Source: a virus (taxonomy: Duplodnaviria; Caudoviricetes). Taken from it: a stretch of DNA of 54,208 bases. Numbering within the stretch: position 1 is the first letter of the stretch; every line of letters begins with the position of its first letter. Of this stretch, positions 54,150 to 54,208 are shown one piece after another. The translations under genes were made by a program, and so were the position numbers. The stretch lies in the IMG/VR virus record IMGVR_UViG_3300029787_000063, positions 1 to 54,208 of that record. One strand, given 5' to 3'. The notes below the pieces were generated by a model. It worked only from the letters and a program-made list of their open reading frames with translations. It was not told the DNA's origin and ran no database searches.

Positions 54150-54208
54150 TTGTTCTCATGTTTGAAATTACACAATCAGCGGATATTATAGTAGTCACAA
54201 CAGAAACC
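54133..54208 (-). CDS. groEL: chaperonin GroEL, C-terminal end only (5'-truncated)
   Basis: Manual translation ...VSVVTTIISADCVISNMRTNESNQ* resembles the GroEL terminal (A)SVAxxxLTTExxI segment and overlaps the groES start. Only 24 residues are visible. Confidence 0.6.
   Translation of the reverse strand, partial: VSVVTTIISADCVISNMRTNESNQ

Noticed and set aside
1-54208. Stop-codon reassignment, as in some crAss-like phages
   Set aside because: The standard code gives full-length, tightly packed genes, and TAG and TGA both act as real stops (e.g. 6246-6248, 14510-14512).
1-54208. tRNA/rRNA genes, integrase, transposase, introns or inteins
   Set aside because: Intergenic gaps are under 90 bp and AT-rich with no cloverleaf seen. 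TerL, RNR and the helicase part are uninterrupted and of ordinary length.

Overview
A densely coded, AT-rich fragment of a tailed dsDNA bacteriophage genome. It is most likely a podovirus-like phage of marine Bacteroidota (Flavobacteriales), with a crAss-like order of head and tail genes. The host call is inferred from T9SS-type sorting signals, Bacteroidota-style signal peptides, an Hc1 protein and A-rich leaders without a Shine-Dalgarno site. Two arms converge on a bidirectional terminator at about 6266-6294. The + arm (1-6248) carries a primase-helicase, a thymidylate-synthase-fold enzyme, a GIY-YIG-like/MazG fusion, an endonuclease, a class II ribonucleotide reductase and three host-like genes. 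The - arm (54208 down to 6311) carries GroEL/GroES, a holin, terminase, portal, scaffold, major capsid, tail ring and nozzle proteins, ejection proteins, an accessory island, an endolysin and tail fibres. Four observations stand out. (1) The 'ThyA' has the Asp signature of T4-type dCMP hydroxymethylases and sits beside NTP pyrophosphatases and a nuclease, suggesting a cytosine-modification module. (2) An envelope-targeted cassette encodes an outer-membrane beta-barrel, a TM coiled-coil, a Cys-less exported thioredoxin fold and a MAM/Cys-repeat protein with a T9SS-like tail. (3) A 2300-aa putative ejection protein contains zincin, sigma-70 region-2-like and HAD domains. (4) A family of small, very basic proteins shares KMKGFSGF or SP-x-K motifs. 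No tRNA, rRNA, CRISPR array, integrase, intron or intein was recognised. All family calls come from motif recognition by eye, not database searches.
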